DNA of 64,000 nucleotides from Candidatus Latescibacterota bacterium (GTDB taxonomy: Bacteria > Latescibacterota > UBA2968), in assembly GCA_965204375.1 (NCBI GenBank), contig OZ241986.1, positions 2,080,001 to 2,144,000 on the forward strand. Reading direction: 5' to 3'. Position 1 is the first letter of the stretch; each line of letters starts with the position of its first letter. This document shows positions 38,597 through 46,602 of the stretch, one piece after another. The notes beneath the pieces were generated by a model. It saw nothing but the letters and a program-made list of their open reading frames with translations, searched no databases and was not told the origin of the DNA. The position numbers and the translations under genes are program-made.

Positions 38597-41500
38597 TTAC
38601 CAGGTCAACCGCAGCCCTGCAAATACCAGGCGCGGGTTGGTCCTTGTATATCTGCTCAACTCACTGGCATCGCCGCCGAACTGCATGAACAACGGATTGG
38701 TAGGCTGTGATTCAAGCAATCCCCACCGCACGTAGTCTGGGCTCGTGGATGCCGAGCCTTTGAAATTGAACAAATTTTCGACCTCCACATAAAGCAACGG
38801 GCGGATGCCCCTGATGTTGAAACCTTTCTGGAAGCTGAAATCAACCGCCGAGATCGTGGGACCCTCTTTCTTCAGGTTCAAACTGGTTTTCGGATCCTGA
38901 TAATCGAAGATACGTCCCGTGAAGATGCGGTAGATCATGTTCACCCGAACGTCGCCAAACAGCTTGCTGCCCCAGAACATCTCGCCGGGACCAAAATCGG
39001 GCGGACTGGCGTAAATCAGCACCAGGCTCCCATTTGTCCGCGTGGCATCGCTGCGCCCGCCTTCCACACTCCAGCCCGTCGTCGAAAAGGCGTAAAGCCC
39101 TCGCAGTGCTGCCTGTTCCTCACTGGACAGCCCGCTCTGCTCCCACAGGGGATAAAATTTCCCATCGTTGGTCGCATACATCGCACCCACACCGAACTCG
39201 CCAGCCAGACCTTTATCTACTACCTCCTGCGCCGCTGCCTTCAGTTCCTCCAGCTTGGCACCGGTCGGAGGGGCGGGAACCTCTGCCCCTGTATTCGGGT
39301 CAATTGTGTACTGTACCCAGTACCGGTTGGGATCGGCAATATAGGATGCATCCGGATAGATGCTCGCGCCCATATTGCCCCGCTTGGTGCCGCCAATAGT
39401 CAGGCGCTCGCCCCAGCCGAGGTTGAGTGCGGCTTTGAATGAGAAGTTGTGCTTCAACCCCTTCTTCAATGCCAGTTCGATGCCGCGGGTCGTGGTGTGG
39501 CCTCTGGGACCCTGCGAACGGGTCTTGGCTTTGCCGCCGATCTGCGGATCGCGGAATACCGCACCATTAACACTCAAAAATCCATTGGTGATGCGGTAAT
39601 AGGCAGTGCCCTGGAAGGAATAATCGCTGATGAAATTCCACTCCGTACCCAGCTCAAAAGCCGTAGAAACCTGCGAGTGCTGCAAGGAGAAGAACTGGTC
39701 AATCACAAATCCCGAGCCAAACGAGTCGTTGCGGACCAGGTTGTTATTGTACTCTTCAGCACTGATGTTTCCATCGTTGTTGTGGTCAATCGAGTGCGGC
39801 CCCGTCGCCCGCCAGTTCTGCTGGTATATCCGGCGGAAATCCGGACGGGTGTGGAACTTCCCGTAGAAGAAGTGAATCTTCGACTTGGCCGTAATCGGGT
39901 GCGAGATTCCCACCCGGGGCATAAACCAGTTCATCGGCTGCATATCGCCATACGTCACATGATTCCGGAAGCGCGTATAGTTGTAGCCCATTGGCGCGCC
40001 CTGATAGGGATAGAGGGGAACCACACCGCCGCTATACCGCTCGTAGCGGAATCCCGCATTGATGATCAGCCCCTCAAACTCCATCTTGTCCTGTACATAA
40101 GCGTGGAGTTCGGTGGGCGTAATTCCCTCACCTGGTACATATCGCTTGCCCCAGTAAATCAGCCATCGATTTCGCTCATCTACATCTTCGAAGGTCTCGG
40201 TCTTCCAGTTGTTGTAGCGATAAAACGTAAAACCGCCCTTCAGGAAGTGCGTGCGGGTCACCTGACTGGCCAGATCAAACCGGATTGCCAGCTTGTTCTG
40301 CTGTCCAACGCGAAGATCTCGTCTCTGACCGGAATCGGTGTAGTACCACCCGTCGTTGTCTAAGGATGGGTTCACCGTCGTACGGGGAATATCAATGGTG
40401 TCCTGCTTGCTGGCAATATACGACAGCCGCACTTCGTAAAACGTCTTTGCCGATAGGGTGTGGATGCTGGACGCATAGAACATGTTGTCCGTCACCTGCC
40501 ACTCACCCCCATAGCGTCCGCGTTCTTCCAGGAAAATCGCCCTGGAATCGAAACTATCTGCATAGCGACCTTTGCGGCTGGAATACAGCCCGCCCGCACG
40601 GAGCTTGATATCCGGTGTGGCGCTATAGGTCAATTTATAGCTCACATCCGCGTTAAACGGCTCGCGCTCAGTTGGCTGGGGCAGGTTCCGCGCCTGAAGA
40701 TCGTGCTTTGTGGTGGCAAAGAACGACAGATCGCGGTTAATAGGTCCCGAAAGGGACGCCTCTAAAAAATGCCCTCGCACATCAGTATAATCTCTCGAAG
40801 GCCGCTGATGCACCTTCCGGCCATTGGCTGTTTCATTCTCCCATTCAGAATCGCCATACTTCAGCCGGCCCTGATGCACGAAGCTCTCGTAAGCATTATT
40901 GCCCCAGTGCTTCTGTTGCGCTGGCGAATACCGATAGTGAAACTGCCCGTGGTAGTCCCGACCACCATCTTTGGTCACAATCTGGATAGAGCCGGTATTG
41001 CCGTATTCGGCATTTAACCCCCCAGCCAGCACCGTGATTTCTGAAATCGCCGACGTATTGACGTCGCCGCTCCAGTTCTGCGTGCCTCCACGAGTGCCCG
41101 TCCCGCGCCGACCATCCGAGTGCGTCAGGCGCACACCATCTACCATATACTCGGCCACCTCGCCGCCATCACCGCCCAGAAAGGCATTGCGGATCCGATT
41201 TGTGCCATCGATGTTGACACCTGCCTCCAGTTCGATAAATGAATCCAGATCGCGGACAATGGGCAGCACCGCAATATCCTCGGCTGTCACCACATAACGG
41301 CTCTCCGTCACATCTGCCTCTACCGGAGGCCGCTCTGCAATCACTGTCAGTTCACCCAGTTCCAGAGCCGCTTCATTGAGCGAGAAATCAACGGTCGTCG
41401 TCAGATCCGACGCAACCCGCACATCGGACTTGGTCGCACCCGTGTACCCGACCATCGACGCCTTCACCGTGTAGCTCCCCGGATCAACTGACAGGATAAA

Positions 41501-41692
41501 ATAATATCCCTCTGCATCGGTTGTTGCCCCACGGGTCGTCCCCTCCACCAGCACGTTGGCACCCGGCAGAGCCTCTCCAGCCTTATCGACTATACGACCA
41601 GTAATTTTTCCCGTTGTCGCCGCCTCGGCCAGGCTGACAAAACCGAGGGCAAAAATCGCAACGAGAACAAAACCCAGACATTTTCTGTACAT
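38597..41692 (-). CDS. TonB-dependent receptor with N-terminal carboxypeptidase-regulatory-like domain
   Basis: TGKITGRIVD..GEALPGANV.VEGT..GATTD.EG.Y.I; plug YMVDG...GGLNAEYG; YVQDKMEF..LIINAGFRYE; PRVGISHPI; ends LRLTW. Confidence 0.92.
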   Translation of the reverse strand: MYRKCLGFVLVAIFALGFVSLAEAATTGKITGRIVDKAGEALPGANVLVEGTTRGATTDAEGYYFILSVDPGSYTVKASMVGYTGATKSDVRVASDLTTTVDFSLNEAALELGELTVIAERPPVEADVTESRYVVTAEDIAVLPIVRDLDSFIELEAGVNIDGTNRIRNAFLGGDGGEVAEYMVDGVRLTHSDGRRGTGTRGGTQNWSGDVNTSAISEITVLAGGLNAEYGNTGSIQIVTKDGGRDYHGQFHYRYSPAQQKHWGNNAYESFVHQGRLKYGDSEWENETANGRKVHQRPSRDYTDVRGHFLEASLSGPINRDLSFFATTKHDLQARNLPQPTEREPFNADVSYKLTYSATPDIKLRAGGLYSSRKGRYADSFDSRAIFLEERGRYGGEWQVTDNMFYASSIHTLSAKTFYEVRLSYIASKQDTIDIPRTTVNPSLDNDGWYYTDSGQRRDLRVGQQNKLAIRFDLASQVTRTHFLKGGFTFYRYNNWKTETFEDVDERNRWLIYWGKRYVPGEGITPTELHAYVQDKMEFEGLIINAGFRYERYSGGVVPLYPYQGAPMGYNYTRFRNHVTYGDMQPMNWFMPRVGISHPITAKSKIHFFYGKFHTRPDFRRIYQQNWRATGPHSIDHNNDGNISAEEYNNNLVRNDSFGSGFVIDQFFSLQHSQVSTAFELGTEWNFISDYSFQGTAYYRITNGFLSVNGAVFRDPQIGGKAKTRSQGPRGHTTTRGIELALKKGLKHNFSFKAALNLGWGERLTIGGTKRGNMGASIYPDASYIADPNRYWVQYTIDPNTGAEVPAPPTGAKLEELKAAAQEVVDKGLAGEFGVGAMYATNDGKFYPLWEQSGLSSEEQAALRGLYAFSTTGWSVEGGRSDATRTNGSLVLIYASPPDFGPGEMFWGSKLFGDVRVNMIYRIFTGRIFDYQDPKTSLNLKKEGPTISAVDFSFQKGFNIRGIRPLLYVEVENLFNFKGSASTSPDYVRWGLLESQPTNPLFMQFGGDASELSRYTRTNPRLVFAGLRLTW

Positions 41693-41714
41693 CGAAAAAC
41701 CTCCTTAGTAAAGA

Positions 41715-42413
41715 TTACCAGTAATATTTAATTCCACCTGACAGATCTATCGCCTGCATTGGGAAGACTTTTTCCAGCCCCCAGTCCTCCAGGGGACGGA
41801 GTTCGCCCATAATCACATTATACCGCAAGCGAAGATCGATCACAAATTGCTCGGACCCCGCAATGCTGATCCCACCTCCAAATGAGAACGTCAGCGCCGC
41901 CACCTTGTCGTTGAAGGCGGGATTCATAATGCTGGTATCCAGGGATGTTCCCGACTGCCCGGGAAAAATCAACCCCGACACCTCGTTCGAGAATCCGAAG
42001 AACCCGACGCCACCCATTATATAAGGCGATGTGCCTTCGCCCAACTCATTGAAATGGAGCAGGCCGCTGGCGGTCAGGCTATTGAACGTCACGCCTTGAT
42101 CGACATTTGGGCTGCGGTAGTTCTGGCTGTCAATCGGCCATGTGAACTCGCGCGTATCCAAATCGCCGCCCAGCATCGAAGAATAGTGATACTCAATCTC
42201 GGCGACAATCCTCGACGAAGCTACATAGTTATAGCTAATCCCCAACTTGGGAGACGCAGAGTACCACTCGCCAAATTTGAACAACGGTACATTTGCACTC
42301 CCGAAAAACCCGATCCCCGACTGGCCTTCTTCCAAGGCTCCAGCCGTGGAAACCGAAATTAGAACCGCCCCAGCGAGGCATAGTGTTCTAAACATCTCTC
42401 TCAACATCCGCAT
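41715..42413 (-). CDS. Small outer-membrane beta-barrel protein (OmpA/OmpW-like)
   Basis: Signal peptide, alternating beta strands, SPYIMGGVG, ends GGIKYYW. AAGGAGG RBS before ATG 42413; alternative TTG start at 42473. Confidence 0.8.
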   Translation of the reverse strand: MRMLREMFRTLCLAGAVLISVSTAGALEEGQSGIGFFGSANVPLFKFGEWYSASPKLGISYNYVASSRIVAEIEYHYSSMLGGDLDTREFTWPIDSQNYRSPNVDQGVTFNSLTASGLLHFNELGEGTSPYIMGGVGFFGFSNEVSGLIFPGQSGTSLDTSIMNPAFNDKVAALTFSFGGGISIAGSEQFVIDLRLRYNVIMGELRPLEDWGLEKVFPMQAIDLSGGIKYYW

Positions 42414-42777
42414 AAGCTGGCCCTCCTTTGAGATGGGAAAAATACAACACGTACAACTCGGTATCGCACTCAATTCAAATACTCCTCCTTTCTCCGGCTC
42501 AATCTATTCAAAAAACTTATTTTCTTACCAACAAAAACATCGGTTAACCTAATAAATTTCCAAACATAAATTTCTAACTTTCAGACACAAGTACAAAAAA
42601 ACCATCTATACCATGCCCTCCCGCTGGTTTTTAGACGGTTTTAGCTCCGAACTGATGACGAAGACAAACTACTGTTTATTATTCATTTATGACAAATTTG
42701 TAATACAATCACACATTTGCACTTATATCGCAAATAATATGTATTAAAATTTCTCCCAATGTCAAGTGTTTTTTTGA

Positions 42778-42924
42778 TCACTTTTCGTCTTTATTCGCTC
42801 CACAGGATTCCCGCACGACCAGATGCGATTCCAAGTTTATTTGTCGAGGCGTATTCTGACCCTCGAGTTGCTCCAGCATCAGATCCATTGCCGCCTGAGC
42901 AACCGCCTCGTAAGGCGTTACCAG
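42778..42924 (-). pseudogene. 3' remnant of a LacI-family regulator (not in ORF track)
   Basis: Translates to LVTPYEAVAQAAMDLMLEQLEGQNTPRQINLESHLVVRESCGANKDEK*, matching the C-termini of the LacI paralogs at 45310 and 46603; no start codon or upstream domain. Confidence 0.9.
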
Positions 42925-42981
42925 TATATCGCCCCTAATAAAAAATAACAAGTCCTATTTTTTTTAATCGCCCTGCTGCGC

Positions 42982-43010
42982 TTGACAACGCCCTCCAACC
43001 CACTTAACTT
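42982..43010 (+). promoter_or_regulatory. Putative sigma-70 promoter
   Basis: TTGACA-N17-TAACTT upstream of 43049. Confidence 0.5.
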
Positions 43011-43048
43011 TCGACATCTACATCACTGTATTCTTTTCGGATATCCCC

Positions 43049-44149
43049 ATGCTCGCTCGCCTGTATTTCACCTTTGTCTTCCTGCTGGGATTTGTTGCCT
43101 CTGCCAACGCGCAAGGCGATCCCGCCGAGATCCCCGCACGCTACGATCTGGCCCGCATGTCGCTGGAAGACGGCGAGGTCTATTATGCCGAGCAGCAATT
43201 CCTCAAAATCCTCAAAATTGACCCCAAGCACGCACCCACACATTTAATTTTGGGCCGCCTCTATCACCGTCAAAAACGCAACGCCAATGCTTATCGCCAC
43301 TTCAAAACCTATCTCGATATCTCGCCTGAAGCACCCGACAAAGCCACAGTTCGCGCCTTGCTCAATACCCTCGCCGAAAGCCTGAAAGCATCCGGCAAGG
43401 GGTGGGTGGTCATCGACCCATCAAAGCCCTGGCGGCCATCTGTCCCACCCCAACCCGATGAACTCGGTTTTATATCCATCCAGGGCGGCACCTTCCTTAT
43501 GGGTGCCACTTTTGAAAACGAAAAACCCATCCGCCTGGTCGCAGTGTCCGATTTCGAACTCCTGAACCACGAAGTCACAAACACTGAATACTTTGCCTTC
43601 ACCAGAGCCACAGGCCATCCCTCGCCCGAACACTGGCGCGAAGACTGGTTCTGGATGTCTGAGTTCGGCACCCATCCCGTAGTCAACATCACCTATTACG
43701 ACGCCGAAGCTTATTGCCAATGGCTGGACGCGCGCTTGCCCACCGAAGCAGAGTGGGAATACGCCTGCCGCGCGGGCCGCACCCAGGCCAAATATCCCTG
43801 GGGTGACGATCCGCCCGATGAACAAAAGGCCAATTACGGACGCATCTTCAAAACGCCTTACCCCACGAGAGCCGTCAAATCTCACCCCCCCAATGCCTAC
43901 GGTCTCTACGACATGGCGGGCAATGTGTGGGAGTGGTGTGCCGATTGGTACGATCCAAACTATTACAAAAATGCCCCCTCCGATAACCCTAAAGGGCCGG
44001 ACAAGGGCTTTGATTATCAACACACGCGCAGGGGTGGGCAATGGCAGTCCTCCCCCCATTCCCTGCGTTGTGCTCGCCGCTATGGTGGCGAACCCTCGGC
44101 TCAGGACAACGGCAGCATGGCCTACTTTGGCTTTCGCTGCGCGCGTTAG
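43049..44149 (+). CDS. Exported TPR + FGE-sulfatase (SUMF1/EgtB/PvdO family) domain protein
   Basis: GGTFLMG, HEVTN.EY, HPVVNITYYDA..YC.W...RLPTEAEWEYACR, YPWG, PNAYGLYDMAGNVWEW, GFRCAR. Confidence 0.9.
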   Translation: MLARLYFTFVFLLGFVASANAQGDPAEIPARYDLARMSLEDGEVYYAEQQFLKILKIDPKHAPTHLILGRLYHRQKRNANAYRHFKTYLDISPEAPDKATVRALLNTLAESLKASGKGWVVIDPSKPWRPSVPPQPDELGFISIQGGTFLMGATFENEKPIRLVAVSDFELLNHEVTNTEYFAFTRATGHPSPEHWREDWFWMSEFGTHPVVNITYYDAEAYCQWLDARLPTEAEWEYACRAGRTQAKYPWGDDPPDEQKANYGRIFKTPYPTRAVKSHPPNAYGLYDMAGNVWEWCADWYDPNYYKNAPSDNPKGPDKGFDYQHTRRGGQWQSSPHSLRCARRYGGEPSAQDNGSMAYFGFRCAR

Positions 44150-44162
44150 AGGAGAGACCGCC

Positions 44163-45230
44163 ATGGCAATCCGCCTCACATTTCTCTGCGCCCTCCTGAT
44201 CGCCCTTCCGATAGTCATATATAGCGGCGACATACCCCGCGTGCCATTGGGCCATGACGAAATCCGCTATCTCAGCAGTATTCCCAAAGACAATCCCCTC
44301 ACCCAAACTAAAATAGCCCTGGGCAAACTCCTCTTTTTTGACAAACGGCTCTCCAGGGACGGCAGCATAGCCTGTGGTTCTTGCCATCAGCCCCACCGCG
44401 CCTTTACCGATGGCCGCGTCTTGCCCACCGGTATTGATGGTCAGACTCCCAGGCGCAATGTGCCCACCCTGATCAACCGGGCCTACGGCACGATTTATTT
44501 CTACGACGGCAGGGCTGCTTCCCTCGAAGAACAGGCCCTTATCCCCATCCAGAGTCCCACAGAAATGGGCAACACCCTCGAGCAGGTCGTCGCCACTTTA
44601 TCGGTTATCTCTGGTTACCGCACCCACTTCAAAGCCGCATTTGGGGACAGCACCATCACGCCCGACCGCATCGCCAAAGCCTTAGCCGCTTTCGAGCGCA
44701 CCCTGATCTCTGGCGAATCGCCCTACGATTTGTTTGAATACGGCGGTCCCAGAGGCGCCATGTCCAAATCTGCCATCCAGGGCCTGCGCCTTTTTCGCAC
44801 CAAAGCGCGTTGTACACTCTGCCACATGGGATTCAACTACACCGACGAAGACTTCCACAACATCGGCACGAGTTGGGACCGCGCCGATCTTTCCACTTAC
44901 GAAAAAACCGGTAATTTAGAAGACATCAAAGGTATCGATCCCGGGCGTTACGAACAAACCCAGAAGCCAGAACACTTTGGCGCAATGAAAACACCTACCC
45001 TCCGCGAAATTGCACGCACAGCTCCCTATATGCACGACGGCAGCATCAAAACCCTGCAAGAAATCATCGAATTTTACGACAAAGGCGGTACGCCCAATCC
45101 CTTCCTCGACGAATTGATTATCCCCCTCAACCTCACAGACGCCGAAAAACAGGACCTGATCGCCTTCCTCAAAGCACTCAACGGCATCAACTGGCTCCAC
45201 ATTGAGCCGCCATTTAAATTTCCTAAATAA
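44163..45230 (+). CDS. Di-heme cytochrome c peroxidase / MauG family protein
   Basis: LGKLLFFDKRLS, CGSCH, RNVPT, DGRAASLEEQA, CTLCH, KTPTLREIARTAPYMHDG; GAGGAG RBS before ATG 44163. Confidence 0.92.
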   Translation: MAIRLTFLCALLIALPIVIYSGDIPRVPLGHDEIRYLSSIPKDNPLTQTKIALGKLLFFDKRLSRDGSIACGSCHQPHRAFTDGRVLPTGIDGQTPRRNVPTLINRAYGTIYFYDGRAASLEEQALIPIQSPTEMGNTLEQVVATLSVISGYRTHFKAAFGDSTITPDRIAKALAAFERTLISGESPYDLFEYGGPRGAMSKSAIQGLRLFRTKARCTLCHMGFNYTDEDFHNIGTSWDRADLSTYEKTGNLEDIKGIDPGRYEQTQKPEHFGAMKTPTLREIARTAPYMHDGSIKTLQEIIEFYDKGGTPNPFLDELIIPLNLTDAEKQDLIAFLKALNGINWLHIEPPFKFPK

Positions 45231-45234
45231 ATGT

Positions 45235-45270
45235 AAAAAGGCGACCGAACTTTTATTCGGTCGCCTTTTT
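45235..45270. terminator. Bidirectional intrinsic terminator (copy B; same stem as 34973-35007)
   Basis: AAAAAGGCGACCGAA-CTTTTA-TTCGGTCGCCTTTTT between convergent genes. Confidence 0.88.
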
Positions 45271-45309
45271 GCACACCACAACACAAAGGACTGAGATTCG
45301 ACATTTCTA

Positions 45310-46155
45310 TCATTTTTCGCTTTTGTTAGCCCCACACGATTCCCGTACGACCAGATCAGACCTCAGAGTTACTTGCCCGGGCTTGTCCTGCCCCTCGAGT
45401 TGTTCCAGCATCAGATCTATGGCGGCTTGAGCAATCGCTTCGTAAGGGGTTGCCAACGTCGTCAGGGACGGCATCATATAAGCCGCTACATCTATATCTC
45501 CATTACCCACCACAGCTACATCATCAGGTACGCGAATACCCGATTCTCGCAGGCCCCGACAAACGCCTATTGCCGTATAATCATCCCGACATACAAGAGC
45601 AGTAAACTGACCATCAAGCGCTTTCCCGAGGCGATACTCCACTTCTGAATAGGTGGTGCTAACAGGTATGTATTGGGGCATCAGGCCGTGCTTTTGCATC
45701 GCTAAAAGATATCCCTTACCCTTGTTTGAAAGCGGGCTGACTTCATTTTGATCCTCTCCAATAAATCCGATTCGCTCGTGACCCAACCTGATCAAATGCT
45801 CTGTGATCTCGTAAAAATTCGATACAAGGTCCAATACGACCCCATTGAGATTTTGAGTTGGATAGAAAAATGTCACCACTGGCACGCGCCCCCTCACGGT
45901 ATTCAAAATGCGCACTGATTCCTCTTCGTCACCTCGCGTATGAATTAAAAGTCCATCTACGCCTCGGGCAATCAACTGCCGGATCTGCAGGATCTGATCT
46001 TCCAGTGAGTTCTGAGAAATCCGATTAGAGGCCACTCTCAGCAGTAACTGATAATTCTGCTTATTAGCCTCCCTCAGAATATGGTCGACCAGACTTCCAA
46101 ACGTCTCGAGAAAAATGTGGTAGGTCAGCAACCCCAATGTACCCATCTTCTCCAT
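45310..46155 (-). CDS. LacI-family effector-binding domain protein lacking the HTH (functional truncated paralog or pseudogene)
   Basis: Collinear with 46603-47628 from GTLGLLTY to VVRESCGANK with no stop or frameshift; no TIKDIA HTH. AGGAG at 46162-46166 lies 6 nt before ATG 46155; the ORF track extends it to TTG 46215. Confidence 0.75.
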   Translation of the reverse strand: MEKMGTLGLLTYHIFLETFGSLVDHILREANKQNYQLLLRVASNRISQNSLEDQILQIRQLIARGVDGLLIHTRGDEEESVRILNTVRGRVPVVTFFYPTQNLNGVVLDLVSNFYEITEHLIRLGHERIGFIGEDQNEVSPLSNKGKGYLLAMQKHGLMPQYIPVSTTYSEVEYRLGKALDGQFTALVCRDDYTAIGVCRGLRESGIRVPDDVAVVGNGDIDVAAYMMPSLTTLATPYEAIAQAAIDLMLEQLEGQDKPGQVTLRSDLVVRESCGANKSEK

Positions 46156-46253
46156 TACAATCTCCTGCGCCATCAATTTGAGGCAGTAGTCGATCTCGAG
46201 CGATCTTCGTAGCAAGCCCAGTTATTTTGATATATAATCCCTTCTATTTTATG

Positions 46254-46269
46254 TGCAAAAACCGTGCCA
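46254..46269 (-). promoter_or_regulatory. Sigma-54 (-24/-12) promoter
   Basis: Minus strand TGGCACGGTTTTTGCA, a full match to TGGCACG-N4-TTGCW with GG-N10-GC spacing, pointing at the HTH-less LacI. Confidence 0.8.
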
Positions 46270-46286
46270 GTTTGTTAAAAATAAGC

Positions 46287-46299
46287 TAATTCTTTGATA
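46287..46299 (-). promoter_or_regulatory. Putative IHF binding site
   Basis: TATCAAAGAATTA matches WATCAANNNNTTR and lies between the sigma-54 core and the upstream palindromes. Confidence 0.6.
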
Positions 46300-46344
46300 A
46301 TGAAGGAGTTAGAGCAGATGGGGGATGATTCGCAAGTTTTTGAA

Positions 46345-46361
46345 TGTTGCATAATGCGACA
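46345..46361. promoter_or_regulatory. Putative enhancer-binding-protein site (UAS1)
   Basis: Near-perfect palindrome TGTTGCA-TAA-TGCGACA about 75 bp upstream of the -24 box. Confidence 0.55.
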
Positions 46362-46459
46362 TCTTAAACCTCAAGAAACGCATATCCACTGAGTTGGATA
46401 TGAAACAAATATATGTTTATAGATGATTTATGAAAAATTGAAGATAGGATATAGAGAAT

Positions 46460-46476
46460 TGTTGCAATTTAAAACA
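46460..46476. promoter_or_regulatory. Putative enhancer-binding-protein site (UAS2)
   Basis: TGTTGCA-ATT-TAAAACA has the same left half and TGT-N11-ACA spacing as UAS1. Confidence 0.45.
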
Positions 46477-46517
46477 TATGTGACGAATAGTACCCAGAGC
46501 CAGAAGCGGTATGAAAC

Positions 46518-46554
46518 AATAAAGGGGGAACACGGTTTGTGTTCCCCCTTTATT
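46518..46554 (-). terminator. Intrinsic terminator of the intact LacI gene
   Basis: Perfect 16-bp inverted repeat AATAAAGGGGGAACAC-GGTTT-GTGTTCCCCCTTTATT. Confidence 0.85.
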
Positions 46555-46602
46555 CATCAGGAGTAGTCAATCATCTAATCGGCACTATTGTATATAATAC
46601 CT

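Noticed and set aside
42652-42670. CTGATGA...GAA resembling a hammerhead ribozyme core in the TBDR operon leader
   Set aside because: No stem II, no GAAA and no flanking stems. I also see no recognisable riboswitch in this leader.
42735-42765. TTGACA on the minus strand as the -35 of the OMP-TBDR operon
   Set aside because: Plausible, but there is no clear -10 hexamer at 17 nt spacing, so it is not called as a feature.
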